A DNA stretch of 64,000 bases from Macrostomum lignano (lineage: Eukaryota), in NCBI GenBank assembly GCA_002269645.1, contig NIVC01001367.1:240533-304532 (forward strand), written 5' to 3'. A program made the translations under genes and the position numbers. The notes below the pieces were generated by a model. It had not been told where the DNA came from. It saw nothing but the letters and a program-made list of their open reading frames with translations, and did not search any database. Positions 46,235-63,249 of this stretch are shown piece after piece. The number at the start of each line of letters is the position of its first letter. Positions within the stretch are counted from its first letter, which is position 1.

Positions 46235-47863
46235 ATGGCAGAGCTCGGCCATTTGTGCGACATCGGCGACTTTCTGGTCTGCCGCCTGCCCGATGCGGCC
46301 AGTCCTGAGCCTGCGGCCGCGGCGGAACCCGCCAACATCAAGGATGAGTACGTGATCCGGCCATCAAGGATGCCGAATAGTGCGGATCAGTTGGTGGACG
46401 GTTTGGAGAAACCTGATGCCGAAGGGAATCGAGAGGACCCACCGACCTCAGCTGAACTTGCTGGCGGGGCCGGTCAGAGAAGCTCAAAGCTGCTGGTGCA
46501 GACAAAGAAGCGGCTCGACTGCGAGCACTGCAGCAAGTCGTTTACCTACCCGACCGGCCTGAGGCGGCACCGGCTGGTGCACAGCGGCGAGCGGCCCTTC
46601 CAGTGCCAGCACTGCGACCAGCGCTTCCGCCAGCTCAGCACCCTCAACACCCATCTCCGGGTGCACAGCGGCGAGCGGCCTTTCAAATGCGACCGTTGCG
46701 ACAAGTGCTTCATCCAGTCCACCCACCTGAGGAGACACCTGCTGGTCCATCACGTCAAGGAAAAGCCGCACAGGTGCCAAAATTGCGGCAGAGGCTTCTG
46801 GGAGCTCTACACTCTGCGGGCGCACTGCAGGTCGGCTCAGTGCGGCGTGAAGGCTGCCAGCAGCGAAGGCTCCGACGGGCCCAGACAGTGCCTGGTGTGC
46901 TGCAAGCTGCTCCCTACCTACCGCAGCCTCCGTCTGCACATGAGGGCCCACAACGGCGTCCAGGCGTTCAGCTGCGACGTCTGCCAGCGAACCTACGCCT
47001 CCAAGTCCGCTCTGTGCCGGCACCGGGGCGCCAAGCACGCGTCAAGGATGCGAGTCTGGCGCGACATGGCCAACTGTCCGGACTGTCCTGTCTGCTGCCA
47101 GAGCTTCGGCCAGCTGCGCCTGCCGCTGTACCTGGAGCACGTGCTCAGCCACGTGATGAAGAGCGACCCAGACTCGCCAGGAGGTCATCAGGGCGCGGGC
47201 AGCGGTCCAGACTCGCCGGGAGGTCATCAGGGCGCGGGCAGCGGTCCAGACTCGCCGGAAGGTCATCAGGGCGCGGGCAGCGGCCCAGAATCGCCAGGAG
47301 GTCATCAGGGCGCGGGCAGCGGTCCAGAATCGCCGGGAGGTCATCAGGGCGCGGGCAGCGGCCCAGAATCGCCAGGAGGTCATCAGAGCGCGGGCAGCAG
47401 CCCAGACCCGCCAGGAGGTCATCAGGGCGCCGGCAGCAGGGCCGCCCCAGTGCCGGCGGAGGCCAGCTGTGAGCAGTGCGGCAAGGTGTTCAGCAATCCG
47501 TATAAGCTGAAGCGCCACCTGCTGTGCCACGCCAGCACGCGGGCCTTCGCCTGCGAGCGCTGCGGCCTGCTGTTCTCCCGACTCGACCACCTGAAGAGGC
47601 ACTCGCTGACCCACGCCAGGGAGGCTGGGAGGCCGGGCGCTGGCGGGGCCGAGCCAGCAGCCGCCGGCACAGCTGGCGGGGGGAGCCGCTGCAGGCACTG
47701 CGGCCGGGTGTTCGCCAGCCCGGCCTGGCTGCGGCGCCACCTGCCGTCCCACGCCGGCGACGGGCCGTTCGCCTGCGAGCTCTGCGGCAGGCGCTTCCTT
47801 AAGAGCAAACACCTGAAGAGGCACTCGCTGCTCCACGCCAAGGAGGCGGCAGCTGGTCATTGA
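46235..47863 (+). CDS. Multi-C2H2 zinc-finger protein with an internal 13-aa repeat
   Basis: About 11-12 CxxC..H..H fingers with HSGERPF linkers. About 7 copies of GPDSPGGHQGAGS. Acceptor TTTTGCAG at 46217. Confidence 0.92.
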   Translation: MAELGHLCDIGDFLVCRLPDAASPEPAAAAEPANIKDEYVIRPSRMPNSADQLVDGLEKPDAEGNREDPPTSAELAGGAGQRSSKLLVQTKKRLDCEHCSKSFTYPTGLRRHRLVHSGERPFQCQHCDQRFRQLSTLNTHLRVHSGERPFKCDRCDKCFIQSTHLRRHLLVHHVKEKPHRCQNCGRGFWELYTLRAHCRSAQCGVKAASSEGSDGPRQCLVCCKLLPTYRSLRLHMRAHNGVQAFSCDVCQRTYASKSALCRHRGAKHASRMRVWRDMANCPDCPVCCQSFGQLRLPLYLEHVLSHVMKSDPDSPGGHQGAGSGPDSPGGHQGAGSGPDSPEGHQGAGSGPESPGGHQGAGSGPESPGGHQGAGSGPESPGGHQSAGSSPDPPGGHQGAGSRAAPVPAEASCEQCGKVFSNPYKLKRHLLCHASTRAFACERCGLLFSRLDHLKRHSLTHAREAGRPGAGGAEPAAAGTAGGGSRCRHCGRVFASPAWLRRHLPSHAGDGPFACELCGRRFLKSKHLKRHSLLHAKEAAAGH

Positions 47864-48254
47864 TAGGCAGACTGATTGAGAAGTTTTGAATTAATATTTT
47901 CTGCGATTTTTATGCGGAATCAGGTAGTTGGCTCTTGTTTGCCATGCATTAATCGGTATTCTCCTGAGTTACAGTTTTCTGCTCTGCTTCTGCTGGTCAT
48001 TTTTTACAGCTGCAGTGTGCGCCGCTTTCCGTCATGGCATTTTGTGCTTTTGTGTTGCTTTCACCTGCTATGCAGCGCTGCTTACAAGATTTACAAAATA
48101 TGCTTTATTTTCTGAGAATCACACCTGACAATCGCACTTGAGAAGCACATCTGTGAATTGCACCTGTGAATCGCACCTATGGATTGTATCTGAGAATTTG
48201 TGAAGAATCCTGCGATAGGGGCCCTCGGCCTGATTGCGGCGCCTACGCCCCCCC

Positions 48255-48715
48255 CCCAGTGGTACAGCTCTGAGAATCACACCTGAGAATCACACACGAG
48301 CATCACACCTGGGAATCACACACGAGCATCACACCTGAGAATCAAAGTCTGAGAATCACACCTGAGAATCACAGCTCTGAGAATCACACCTGAGAATCAC
48401 ACCCGAGCATCACACCTGGGAATCACACATGAGCATCACACATGAGAATCACAGCTCTAAGAATCACAGCTCTAAGAATCACAGCTCTGAGAATCACAGC
48501 TCTGAGAATCACACCTGAGAATCACACACGAGCATCACACCTGGGAATCACACACGAGCATCACACCTGAGAATCACAGTCTGAGAATCACATGAGAATC
48601 ACAGCTCTAAGAATCGCAGCTCTGAAAATCACAGCTCTGAGAATCACACCTGAGAATCACACACGAGCATCACACCTGAGAATCACAGCTCTGAGAATCA
48701 CACATGAGAATCACG
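48255..48715. repeat. 13-15-bp GAGAATCAC-based tandem repeat
   Basis: Interleaved units GAGAATCACACCT, GAGAATCACAGCTCT and GAGCATCACACCT. Confidence 0.92.
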
Positions 48716-49014
48716 CTCAGCCTCATGCTTAAAATAATTCGCGATTCCGCCTTGTATTCCCTATGGGTGTCCTTCCAGATATAAACAAGTATAAATTCCT
48801 ATTTATCTTTTTGCAATTCCTATCCAGACATTGTCGTTGTTTTACCCACTGAAATCAATAGCGTCGTGGTGAAATATGGCGTTTTCAATGCATCAAATTC
48901 CCTTTTTATTGGTTTGCAATATTTTTTCTTTCTACGATTTCATAATAGAAAAGTTTGTTACTGTGTTAACGAATTTATTGGATTTGCGAGATTTCTTTGT
49001 CGATTCGTTAATCA

Positions 49015-49365
49015 TCAGCTGCATCAGGCCAGTCCCCAGCATCCTCATCTGCATCAGGCCGGTCCCCAACATCCTCATCTGCATCAGGCCAGTCCCCAGC
49101 ATCCTCATCTACATCATGCCAGTCCACAGCACCCTCAACTGCATCAGGCCAGTCCTCAGCATCCTCAGCTGCATCAGGCCGGTCCCCAACATCCTCATCT
49201 GCATCAGGCCAGTCCCCAGCATCCTCAACTGCATCAGGCCAGTCCTCAGCATCCTCAGCTGCATCAGGCCGGTCCCCAACATCCTCATCTGCATCAGGCC
49301 AGTCCCCAGCATCCTCAACTGCATCATGCCAGTCCTCAGCATCCTCAGCTGCATCAAGCCAGTGC
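49015..49365. repeat. 30-bp minisatellite
   Basis: Unit GCATCAGGCCAGTCCCCAGCATCCTCATCT, about 12 copies. Confidence 0.95.
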
Positions 49366-49398
49366 CCAGCCTCCCAATCCCCATCGCCTCGTCCGCAG

Positions 49399-50114
49399 AG
49401 ACTCGCAGCCGTCACATTCGACGCGTGGGAACGCTGGTCCGGGCCCGCAAGTCGGTGGGCTACCAGTACCTGAAGTACGCCAAGAGCTACGGCATCGATG
49501 CCGTCAGCCAGGAGCGGCTGGACGCCGCCGTGCCCTCCACGCTGTCCACCATGCTGACGGAGCGGCCGAATTTCGACCGTGCCAGCGGCGCGGCCACCGC
49601 CGAGGCCTGGTGGAGCGAGTTCATCCGCCGCCTGTTCGTGGCAGCCTCCGACGGCGCCCTGAAGCCGAAGGACGTTCCCGAGATCATGTGCAAGAATCTC
49701 AGGAACTTCTACAAGACTCCGGGCGCCGTGGAGCTGACCGAGGGCTGCTCGGAGACGCTGGAGGCGCTAGCCGCCCGCTCCCTGAAGCTGGGCGTCCTGT
49801 CCAACTTCGACGACCGCCTGCCGGACATCTTGGCCTGTCTGGGCGTGGCCGACAGGTTCGCCGCCGTGGTCTCCAGCTTCGAGGCCGACCTCGTCAAGCC
49901 GGACCCCCACATCTTTGCGCTGGCCGCCAAGCGGCTCGGCGAGGAGCCCGGAGCCATCCTGCACGTCGGCGACGATCGGCGCAACGACTTCGAGGCCGCG
50001 CGCGCCTGCGGCTTCCGGGCGCTGCTGCTGGACCCAGCCGGCCGCGAGGCCGCCGACGTCCCCCAGGAGCTGCGGATTGAGCGGCTGGACCAGCTGATGC
50101 AGAGGCTGGACTAG
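49399..50114 (+). CDS. HDHD3: HAD hydrolase HDHD3/REG-2-like, with an apparent 1-nt deletion in motif I
   Basis: RLAAVTFDA (49399-49424) shifts into VGTL. Then motif II LSNFD, motif III KPDP and motif IV HVGDD..ND. Confidence 0.85.
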
Positions 50115-50195
50115 CGGGCTGATGAGGCTGGACCAGCTGATGCAGAGGCTGGACTAGCGGGCTGATGAGGCTGGACTAGCGGGCTGATGAGGCTG
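50090..50195. repeat. Tandem duplication of the HDHD3 stop-codon region
   Basis: CTGGACCAGCTGATGCAGAGG and CTGGACTAGCGGGCTGATGAGG units are repeated. Confidence 0.85.
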
Positions 50196-50949
50196 TACCT
50201 CCAAAAAGATGGAGCTTTTTGCTGAAGCTGGAGTTTTTGAAGTTGTGTTTCGCCTTTTGTTATCTTTTCTGAACTTGTTTTTATATCCACTCTCACCCGA
50301 TTTTGTAACGCAATGAAAACAATTCACCTGCCAATTAAATATTCTCGCGCTGAATCCGAAGGTCATTCAAAACTCAGCTCTGCTCTGGTTGGACCAACAA
50401 TCACAGTTTAATTCTTACTGCCTTGAATACATGCAAGTGCGGCTGCTCAGCACCCTTCATTTGTCTGTTGCAGCAGATCTGTGCACTGATTTTGTAAAAA
50501 TCAGACTTGCCTACGAGCTTCATCTTTTATTTGCTGCATTTTTTATCTTATGAGATTGACTACTGATGAGTAGCATGAATAGGATGACAAGTGGATCTCT
50601 TGTAGGCTGGCATGCTAGCGATCTTGGCCCCATGTACATGTAATCTACATGTAAAAGCCGTGCATAGTCACAATTGTTTATTTAGAGATTAAATTTTGTT
50701 TAGAGCTGAAGAAGCAACAACACGCCCGATACCAAGCTTGGACAGCGCCAAGCATTCCACACTAATCAATGGAATCTCAGTGACTTTTCTCAAGCCATGG
50801 CATCGTTAGAGTTAGGCTGGCAGGTGCAAAATTTTTATTTTAACCAAATTCTTTTGACTCAATAAAATTCGCCACTGAAACCAGAAACTGAAAATAAATA
50901 TTGACAGCGAACCAGCGCAAAAGCATGGCATACAGCAACCAGGATAGGG

Positions 50950-52200
50950 CAAATAATTGGTCAGCAACGGGAGAAACGACAAAAAATTGTCAGAAACAGA
51001 AGACACGATAAACAATTGATCAGTGACAAGCAAAATAACAAATAATTGGTCAGCGACAGAAGAAACGACAAATAAATTGGTCAGCAAAAAGAAAAAACAA
51101 ATAATTGGTCAGCAATTAAAAAGCAAAAACTAATAATTGGTCAGCAAAAAAGCTAACAACTAATAATTGGTCAGCAAAAAGCAAAAAACTTATAATTAGT
51201 CAACAAAAAAGCAAAAACTTATAATTGGTCAACAAAAAAGCAAAAACTTATAATTGGTCAACAAAAAAGCAAAAACACAAATAATTGGTCAGCAAACAAG
51301 CAAAAACTAATAATTGGTCAGCAAAAAGAAAAAACAAATAATTGGTCAGCAAAAAAGCAAAAAACAAATAATTGGTCAGCAAAAAGCAAAAAAACAAATA
51401 ATTAGGCTGCAAAAAAGCAAAAAAAACAAATAATTGGTCAGCAAAAAGCAAAAAAACAAATAATTAGGCTGCAAAAAAGCAAAAAACAAATAATTGGTCA
51501 GCAAACAAGCAAAAACAAATAATTGGTCAGCAAAAAGCAAAAAACAAATAATTGGTCAGCAAAAAGCAAAAAACAAATAATTGGTCAGCAAAAAAGCAAA
51601 AAACAAATAATTGGTCAGCAAAAAGCAAAAAACAAATAATTGGTCAGCAAAAAAAGCAAAAAACTAATAATTTGTCAGCAAAAAGCAAAAGACTAATAAT
51701 TGGTCAGCAAAAAGCAAAAAAACAAATAATTAGGCAGCAAAAAAGCAAAAAAAACAAATAATTGGTCAGCAAACAAGCAAAAACTAATAATTGGTCAGCA
51801 AAAAGCAAAAAACAAATAATTGGTCAGCAAAAAAGCAAAAAACTAATAATTGGTCAGCAAAAAGCAAAAAAGCAAAAAACAAATAATTGGTCAGCAAAAA
51901 GCAAAAAACAAATAATTGGTCAGCAAAAAAAGCAAAAAACAAATAATTGGTCAGCAAAAAGCAAAAAACAAATAATTGGTCAGCAAAAAAAGCAAAAAAC
52001 AAATAATTGGTCAGCAAAAAAGCAAAAAAACAAATAATTGGTCAGCAAAAAAAGCAAAAAAACAAATAATTGGTCAGCAAAAAGCAAAAAACAAATAATT
52101 GGTCAGCAAAAAAGCAAAAAAACAAATAATTGGTCAGCAAAAAAAGCAAAAAAACAAATAATTGGTCAGCAAAAAGCAAAAAACAGATAATTGGTCACGG
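50950..52200. repeat. ~28-30-bp A-rich minisatellite
   Basis: Unit AAAAAGCAAAAAACAAATAATTGGTCAGC, about 40 copies. Confidence 0.95.
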
Positions 52201-52615
52201 AAACGGCAAATAATCGGTAAGCAAGTTTTGCTGTTAGCTCAAGAACTCTTCAGCATTGGCCATAATTTTGATCCATCTAACTGTATAAAAGTCCAAGTGC
52301 AAGTGTTAAAACTTTTCATCAGCCATTTATGGGCCTCAAATAACTGACTTGAAATTAGCATATCATGAAAACAAGGAAGCGCTAGCCATGTCATCAACCT
52401 TATGCATAAAATTTTGATAGATGCCTGCATGTTAAATTTCAAAGCTACGCCATGATGGATTCGATTGCATGTCGAATCATGTTTGGATTCGATTTTAATT
52501 TTGCTCAAGACTGTACCTATGAGCTAATTAGAAAAAAGCTTATGGCCAATGGAACATGTTAGTATGAACATAAAACTGCATAATCAGTGTCATCTGTGCT
52601 CCAAATTCATTGCTC

Positions 52616-57330
<4,715 letters not shown>

Positions 57331-58056
57331 TTTGGTTACTGAAATCGATGGAAGTTTAACGCATAATGAATGAATGCTATTAGTAGTAAAAGTATATACG
57401 AGCTACTCAGAAAACATTGAAAAGTCGCCTCCCTTTGTGCCAGTAACTGAAACGTTGCTCCCTATTGCTCAGCGTGGTGATTACGGAGTGAATGCCCCCA
57501 CGGTAAAGCGAGAGAGTTTTCAACTTGCAAGGGAGATCTAAGAGAAGCTGCTGACTGGCGCAAAGGATGGCGACTTTCAATGTTGATGAGTATATGTAAA
57601 ATATAAATGTATTTTTAATTACAAAATCCATCGCATATGAGATAACACACTTACCTCGACTTGCCGATTACTTATTGTAGTATTCTCCAATCTCCATCTT
57701 AATTTGCATTGAAAAAGAGATGGCTAAAGTCCACAGGGAGCTCTGCTCTTCTATGACTACGCTCAGCGCGGTCTTAGAAACGGAACTTGTCTAATCCAAT
57801 CCAGACTGTTTAGAATTTATGCCCTGAAAGCCCGAGTGCACACCACTATTTTCATACATTTGTTTGGGAAGGAAAGAATTGAGTTGAGAAAAGAGCTTAA
57901 TTTTCTACGCGATTGCGCACGTTAGCGTACCGATGGGAAGGGTTGGGCTGGGGGCTGGATCTGGTTGTTGGTTGGTTGTTGCATCTTTTCCGGAGGGGAG
58001 TGGCGACACGCGCAGTTTATGGCAGCTTATGGCCGCCCGCTATAGCGGAGCCAAGG

Positions 58057-58327
58057 ACTTCTTAAGCTAGCACTGGGACACGCAAGGTATGGACATGAGT
58101 CACGGTTTCCCTGCAAGATGAGGCCGGTTTTTTACAGGAGTCCCTGGATGAAATGCACAAACTGACAAACTTGCTTGCTTTGTCTGCTTAAAAACCTTTT
58201 AAAATAACCACTAGCGTGCGTATCACTTCTGTTGAAATCAGCCACACACATGACACAATTGGCCAAAACCGGCCTCATCTTGCTGGGGGTAAAAAACCTT
58301 GCGTGTGTCGGTGCTAGCTTAAGAAGT
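58057..58327. mobile_element. MITE-like element with ~65-bp imperfect TIRs; third TIR copy at 58795-58860
   Basis: ACTTCTTAAGCTAGCAC..CAAGG..GCAAGATGAGGCCGGTTTT occurs as + (58057), - (58265-58327) and + (58795). Confidence 0.65.
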
Positions 58328-60849
58328 ACCTGGCGGAGCCCATCCCTCGCTAAAAAAGCCCGTTAGCGGGGTCCGCCCCACGGTGGGGTGGGCTCCCGCT
58401 AGCGCGGGCCAGCCCACAATGGTTGAGATATGCCATTGTGGGGCTGTGGAGAAGCAGACGCCAGAACTTGACTCGCATTGGTTGGTTCGCAAGATACATG
58501 GCACTAATTCGAATAATAAAAAAAACTTTTTTCGGCTCCAGTGCGTGAGCGCTGATTGTCTTGACCTTGCCAAGGCGCTAAAATAGGCGCCGAGAAGCTG
58601 AAATTGGGGATCCTGGCGCCAAAATCGGCTTCTTTCGTCAATTCGAGCTTTCCTGTTTGATATGATATTAGTCCGACAGTTTTTCACAAGATTTTAGAAA
58701 ACGTAATTTTTTATATCCAAGTGGCGAATTCAGAACTTAATGCTGTTTTATTTGTCAATAATCTGCGGCTCCTCTTTACTCGCAATTCATGTATTTCTTA
58801 AGCTAGCATCGGGACAAGGATTTTTACCCCAGCTGCAAGATGAGGTTTGAGCCGATTTTTATGCGGTTTTTTATAAAATGCTGCTTTTGCTTTCCAAAAG
58901 TGATTATTTGTAAAAAGAAGCTTATGCGAGGATAATTTTAGAATCCCTCTTATTGATTTATTTAGTAGAGTTGTTAGTTACTAAGATAAAAAAGTTTCAT
59001 TTCATTTCAGAGCAAGTAAGCATCAGTACATTTTATAGCAATTTTATTCGCAACGCAGTTTTTACTTTATCAGTATAAACATCATCTATCGAGCAACTTT
59101 GTGGTGACTATGACTAAAATTTTAAAAAAATTATTCAACATATTAGTAGAAATGCGCATTGAGAAACATAAAGCTACGAGCTGTATACGGTAATATAACA
59201 CAAAAAATTCTGGGAAACATTGATGCATTCAGATATGCGCACAAGTGCATAAGTGCCACAGTGCATGAGATAATTCCAGGTAGCTCAGAGTGAGACTGAC
59301 GGTTTTTTGTCGAAGGCTCAATTCTCGATCGCGCACCCATGGAGATCAAGGCATTAGAGATCAGAGGAGAGCCGACCTGTTGGAATTCACACCAGCATAT
59401 GCGACTTACATGCCGGAGCCAGTCTGCCGGATCGCCTGTTCCATCTGCATTGATTCCGATCATAAAGTCTCCATCGGTACCAACGGCTCCCCACTGTCAA
59501 AAGACAAGGTGGCCGATGCTGCTGGTAGCAAAGGCTTGATTTCTACTGTGGGCTGCTGAATCTTATGGAAAATCTTGTCGGCGCCCTGCAGTCCGACAGC
59601 ATCGGTTCGGTTGGCTTCGCCAGCTATCATGCATGCCGCTGCAGAAAAAGTCACGGAAATAGCGAGGGGCCTCTAAACGTCAATGAGAGAACATGCATAT
59701 GGCATGGACTCTGCTCCTGGACTTAAAATAATTTACATTGCATCGAACCGCATAGAGTGAGAAGTTTAGAAACTTTCACATTTACATTTACCTATAGCTT
59801 TCATCTCATACTCTACTTTATGCATACTCTACTCTACTCTACTTTTAGTAATACCAGTAATATTACGCAAACAGCGAGTGACTATGCTATTGTCCGAAAA
59901 ACCGGTTCTCAACCGGTTCTCATTCTTTAGAACTTCCAAATATGGTAAATGTTAACCTGAATGCGACCCAAGTCTCACCCTTTTCTAGTCAAAAACGCAG
60001 ACTCTAATTTATTTACTCTAAATAAACAACAAATAACCTTTGAGATGGTGACGTTTAGTCATGAGTGCCATCGAATTCAAGTAAACTAGCTGGACTGAAT
60101 TTGTTGTGAAGGTGAGCTTTGGTGAGCGCTGTTTATTTCCTTGTTATTGACTTTGTTGGTGCTTCTGATTTTTTTTGGCAGCGGGGAAGTGCCGTGGCTG
60201 TCTTTAATACGGGAACACGAGAATTTCCTTCAGGAAGTTTTCCCGCCGAGAGGTTTGCCCGCGTGATTGCGTGATCCAATGTGCAGGAGGTTTGCATAAC
60301 TGCAATATAAGCCGACTCGGTGGGTTAAAATCCTATGAGCACACTGCTCGTGACACCTGCAGTATCACCAGCTGGCTAATCTGCTACGAATGTAAATCTA
60401 TAGAACTCTTCACGGCTAGAAGCCCATCAAAAAGACATTGAAGCCATGTTATCGTTAATTGAAACTCGGCTGAGGATCGGGAGCAAGCCCGCATCAAATT
60501 GTTTTGTACTCCTCGATCTCGTAGGTGGCAGAGCAAGAAGAGGGGCACAGAGCTGCTGAGCGAATTCGAGAACCTGTGAACCACTTAGCCAGGTGATCTC
60601 AAGTGTATGCGGACGGTCATCGATAATGGTCACCGCTGAGCTGCCTGCCTCTGCTCCCACCGATCACAGCAGTGTTGTGCGGGAACACTCGGTTGACCTA
60701 CGGGGGTAACTATCGAATCCGACTTAGCAACTCATAATTTTGCATTTTCTTTCTCATTTAAAAGATTTAGTGTGCCATCTAGCGGTCATCAATCGGTGGG
60801 CAGCTATATTTTGTAGCGTTTAATGTGCAATGTGTACAGCCGTAATGTG

Positions 60850-61330
60850 CCAATAGAGCGCCGCGGGCCCCACCACCTGCAGTGGGTCCCTGGACACTGC
60901 GGGCTTCAGGTAAATGAGCTGGCTGACGCCCTGGCAAACGAGGCTGCCGCTGCGGGGATCGCCCCCCCAGCCGCTCCCGGTCACCTTCAACTGTGCCAGG
61001 ACGTTCATCAGCCGCTGTAGTCTGAATATGGCTATCGCCTATTTCGATCACTCGGAAGAACGAGAGCGACGCGAGTTTCCTGTCGCCGGGACGCCGTCCT
61101 CATCGCCCGCATCAGAGATAGCGGGCCACTGCAGCGCCCTCCACCCATACAGCCAGGTTTGTCAACCCAGCTGAGGACCCCACATGCAAACGTTGCGGGG
61201 AGGCGCCCGAAACTGGGGAGCACTGGCTGGCGGAATGCTCAGCACTGCACGCTGTCCGTGCGGCTGTTTGAGACGTGGGTGTCTCAGAGTAAAGTGTGTT
61301 AACCCCACCCCTCCCCTTGCGCCCTCCTCT
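60850..61330 (+). mobile_element. 3' fragment of an RNase H-bearing LINE
   Basis: LQWVPGHCGLQVNELADALA (RNase H) and DPTCKRCGEAPETGEHWLAEC (CCHC-type), broken. Confidence 0.8.
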
Positions 61331-63249
61331 CCTCTGCCGCGTGCCAGGGGGGGGGGGTTTAAACCCTGGCCTTGGCGCTGCGTGCAATTGCTCCAATTTT
61401 TACTCCCCTCCACTTTTCCCTTCTCGTCGCCGTTATTGAAAATATATCGTTATTACCGGTTAATCAGAGGTAGTCAGCAGGTGACATTTCAGCGCGAGAT
61501 TTTATAGTCATATTTATACCCTACTGCGCTATCGCACTGCTGTGCCGGTCCCCAAAAAACGATGTCTCCCCATGCAGTGATCCACAACCATGCACCAGCT
61601 TCCCGTACAACTGAAATCGGTCTTCAATAGAATTTACAGGATGGACTGAGATCTAAGGAAAGCGATTGTTGCAGGTGAAACCAAGATATCACTAAATTAG
61701 AGAAGGGAATTCGCGAAATTTCTCACACGATTACTAATACTAACAAAAGGAGAATTTGAGAATGCGGTATTACGCAAGGGTGAGGAAGAAACGGGGGAAG
61801 CTTGTAAAGCATAAAACCAACGCCAATGGGAATGGCAGGCGAGTGTTGGGGCGAGAAACAAGCACGGAGCTCTCGAACGTGGGTCCACTCAGCGCCTAAA
61901 CACCCAGGCTAGCTAAACAAGAAATTAAAATAGCCTATCCGCGCCGCATAGACGGTGGTTAAAAAGTATAAAGAAAAGTGCAAAATAAGCAATACAGTGA
62001 AAATAAACAATTATATATAGAATTTAGCTATATAATTATAAATAAGTTTATTATTCGTTTTATCAAATCTATTATTGAAAATTGATGATACAGTATTCAA
62101 TCCATTATGAGGCAAAAATAAGAACAAACAATGAACAGAATCACAGGTCGTAAAATCACAGGTAAGAGCACTGGAAATGATATAGGCGAGAGGCGTTTCA
62201 AAAGTTCATAGAGAGCGTTACCCTTTCAAAAGACAGCACAGCACAGCACATGTGTGCAGCACAGCACATTGAGGCTACTGGCCTCAAGCTGGTGGGTGTT
62301 CCTCCATATTCACCTGGCACTGTGCAGTTTCTGGTTGTTTCCAACAAAATCAATGAATAAGCAGTTGAATTTTCTCAAAAAGCCTATTTTACCAGGTGCT
62401 TCAATAGCTGTGTGCAGCGCATCAGGAAGTGCGGATCGTATTCGATGGGGATTACATTGAGAGACTGGATTGGAGTGCTGATATCTGAGGCACTGCCCAC
62501 TTATTTCTGCTTACTTACTAACACTTTCTACAAACGTTAAAAACACCACTCGGACTGCATGTGTAAGTAATAGTCATTTTAACAACTACGCAACAATCAG
62601 TATAAAATATTTTAACCAGACTTTATTTTTTAAATATTGGAATGGATACGAGCGTATAATATCTAAAGACAAAAACACAATCACGAAGCCAAATACGAAT
62701 CCGGCAGTTTATTAAGTTAAATTTAAAATTCTAAGGGGGGCTGCAACAGGAAAGTGCGTGAACGTGTGTGATCGGAGTAGAGGCACAAAGCAGTGGTCTC
62801 CCTATCTAGCTAGTTTGTGAGAATGGCGCAACTTTTCCAGCATGCGCTGCGGAGCTATGGAAAATCAATAATTGAATGGCAGCTGGGCTATGATTTTTTA
62901 GCAGACATGCGAGTGTTACAAAAATAAAGAGAATTTTGTTATAAATTTCGACTGAATATACATATGAACTCGACATTTAGGTAAAAAATGTCACACATAT
63001 GCCTAGACAACAAACTTAATTCTGAGCTTTATCAATGCAACTGTGTTATCTTATATGAAAGTCCAGGACTCCACCTTAAGATAAAAAATTACGATTTTTG
63101 ACGACGATTTTTGTCTTAACTTCTTAAAAGTTCTTGAAAAAATCTAAAAATGTCTGCTGTTTACTCCGTTAAGAACACCTAACTTCTGATAAGAGCCCCT
63201 CTTTTTGCTTTCTACGAGCTGTGGGCAAAATTTCCTGGAAATAATTTTG

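Noticed and set aside
44229-47860. Overlapping antisense and alternative-frame ORFs over GC-rich genes (also 2920-3466, 36134-36749, 39813-40367)
   Set aside because: Expected shadow ORFs of high-GC3 coding sequence, with no motifs.
48866-49398. N-terminal extension of HDHD3 in the 404/412-aa ORFs
   Set aside because: It comes from AT-rich spacer and the 30-bp repeat, and motif I lies in a third frame.
50120-50210. Hammerhead ribozyme (CTGATGA cores)
   Set aside because: No GAAA after a stem II, and no stems I/III can be formed.
58061-58323. piggyBac element with TTAA TSD
   Set aside because: Symmetry extends 5 bp outside TTAA and the ends lack the CC start typical of piggyBac TIRs.
59143-60660. 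Short ORFs at 59.1-59.7 kb and 60.4-60.7 kb
   Set aside because: No recognisable motif or convincing splice framework; they may be relic exons but cannot be supported.
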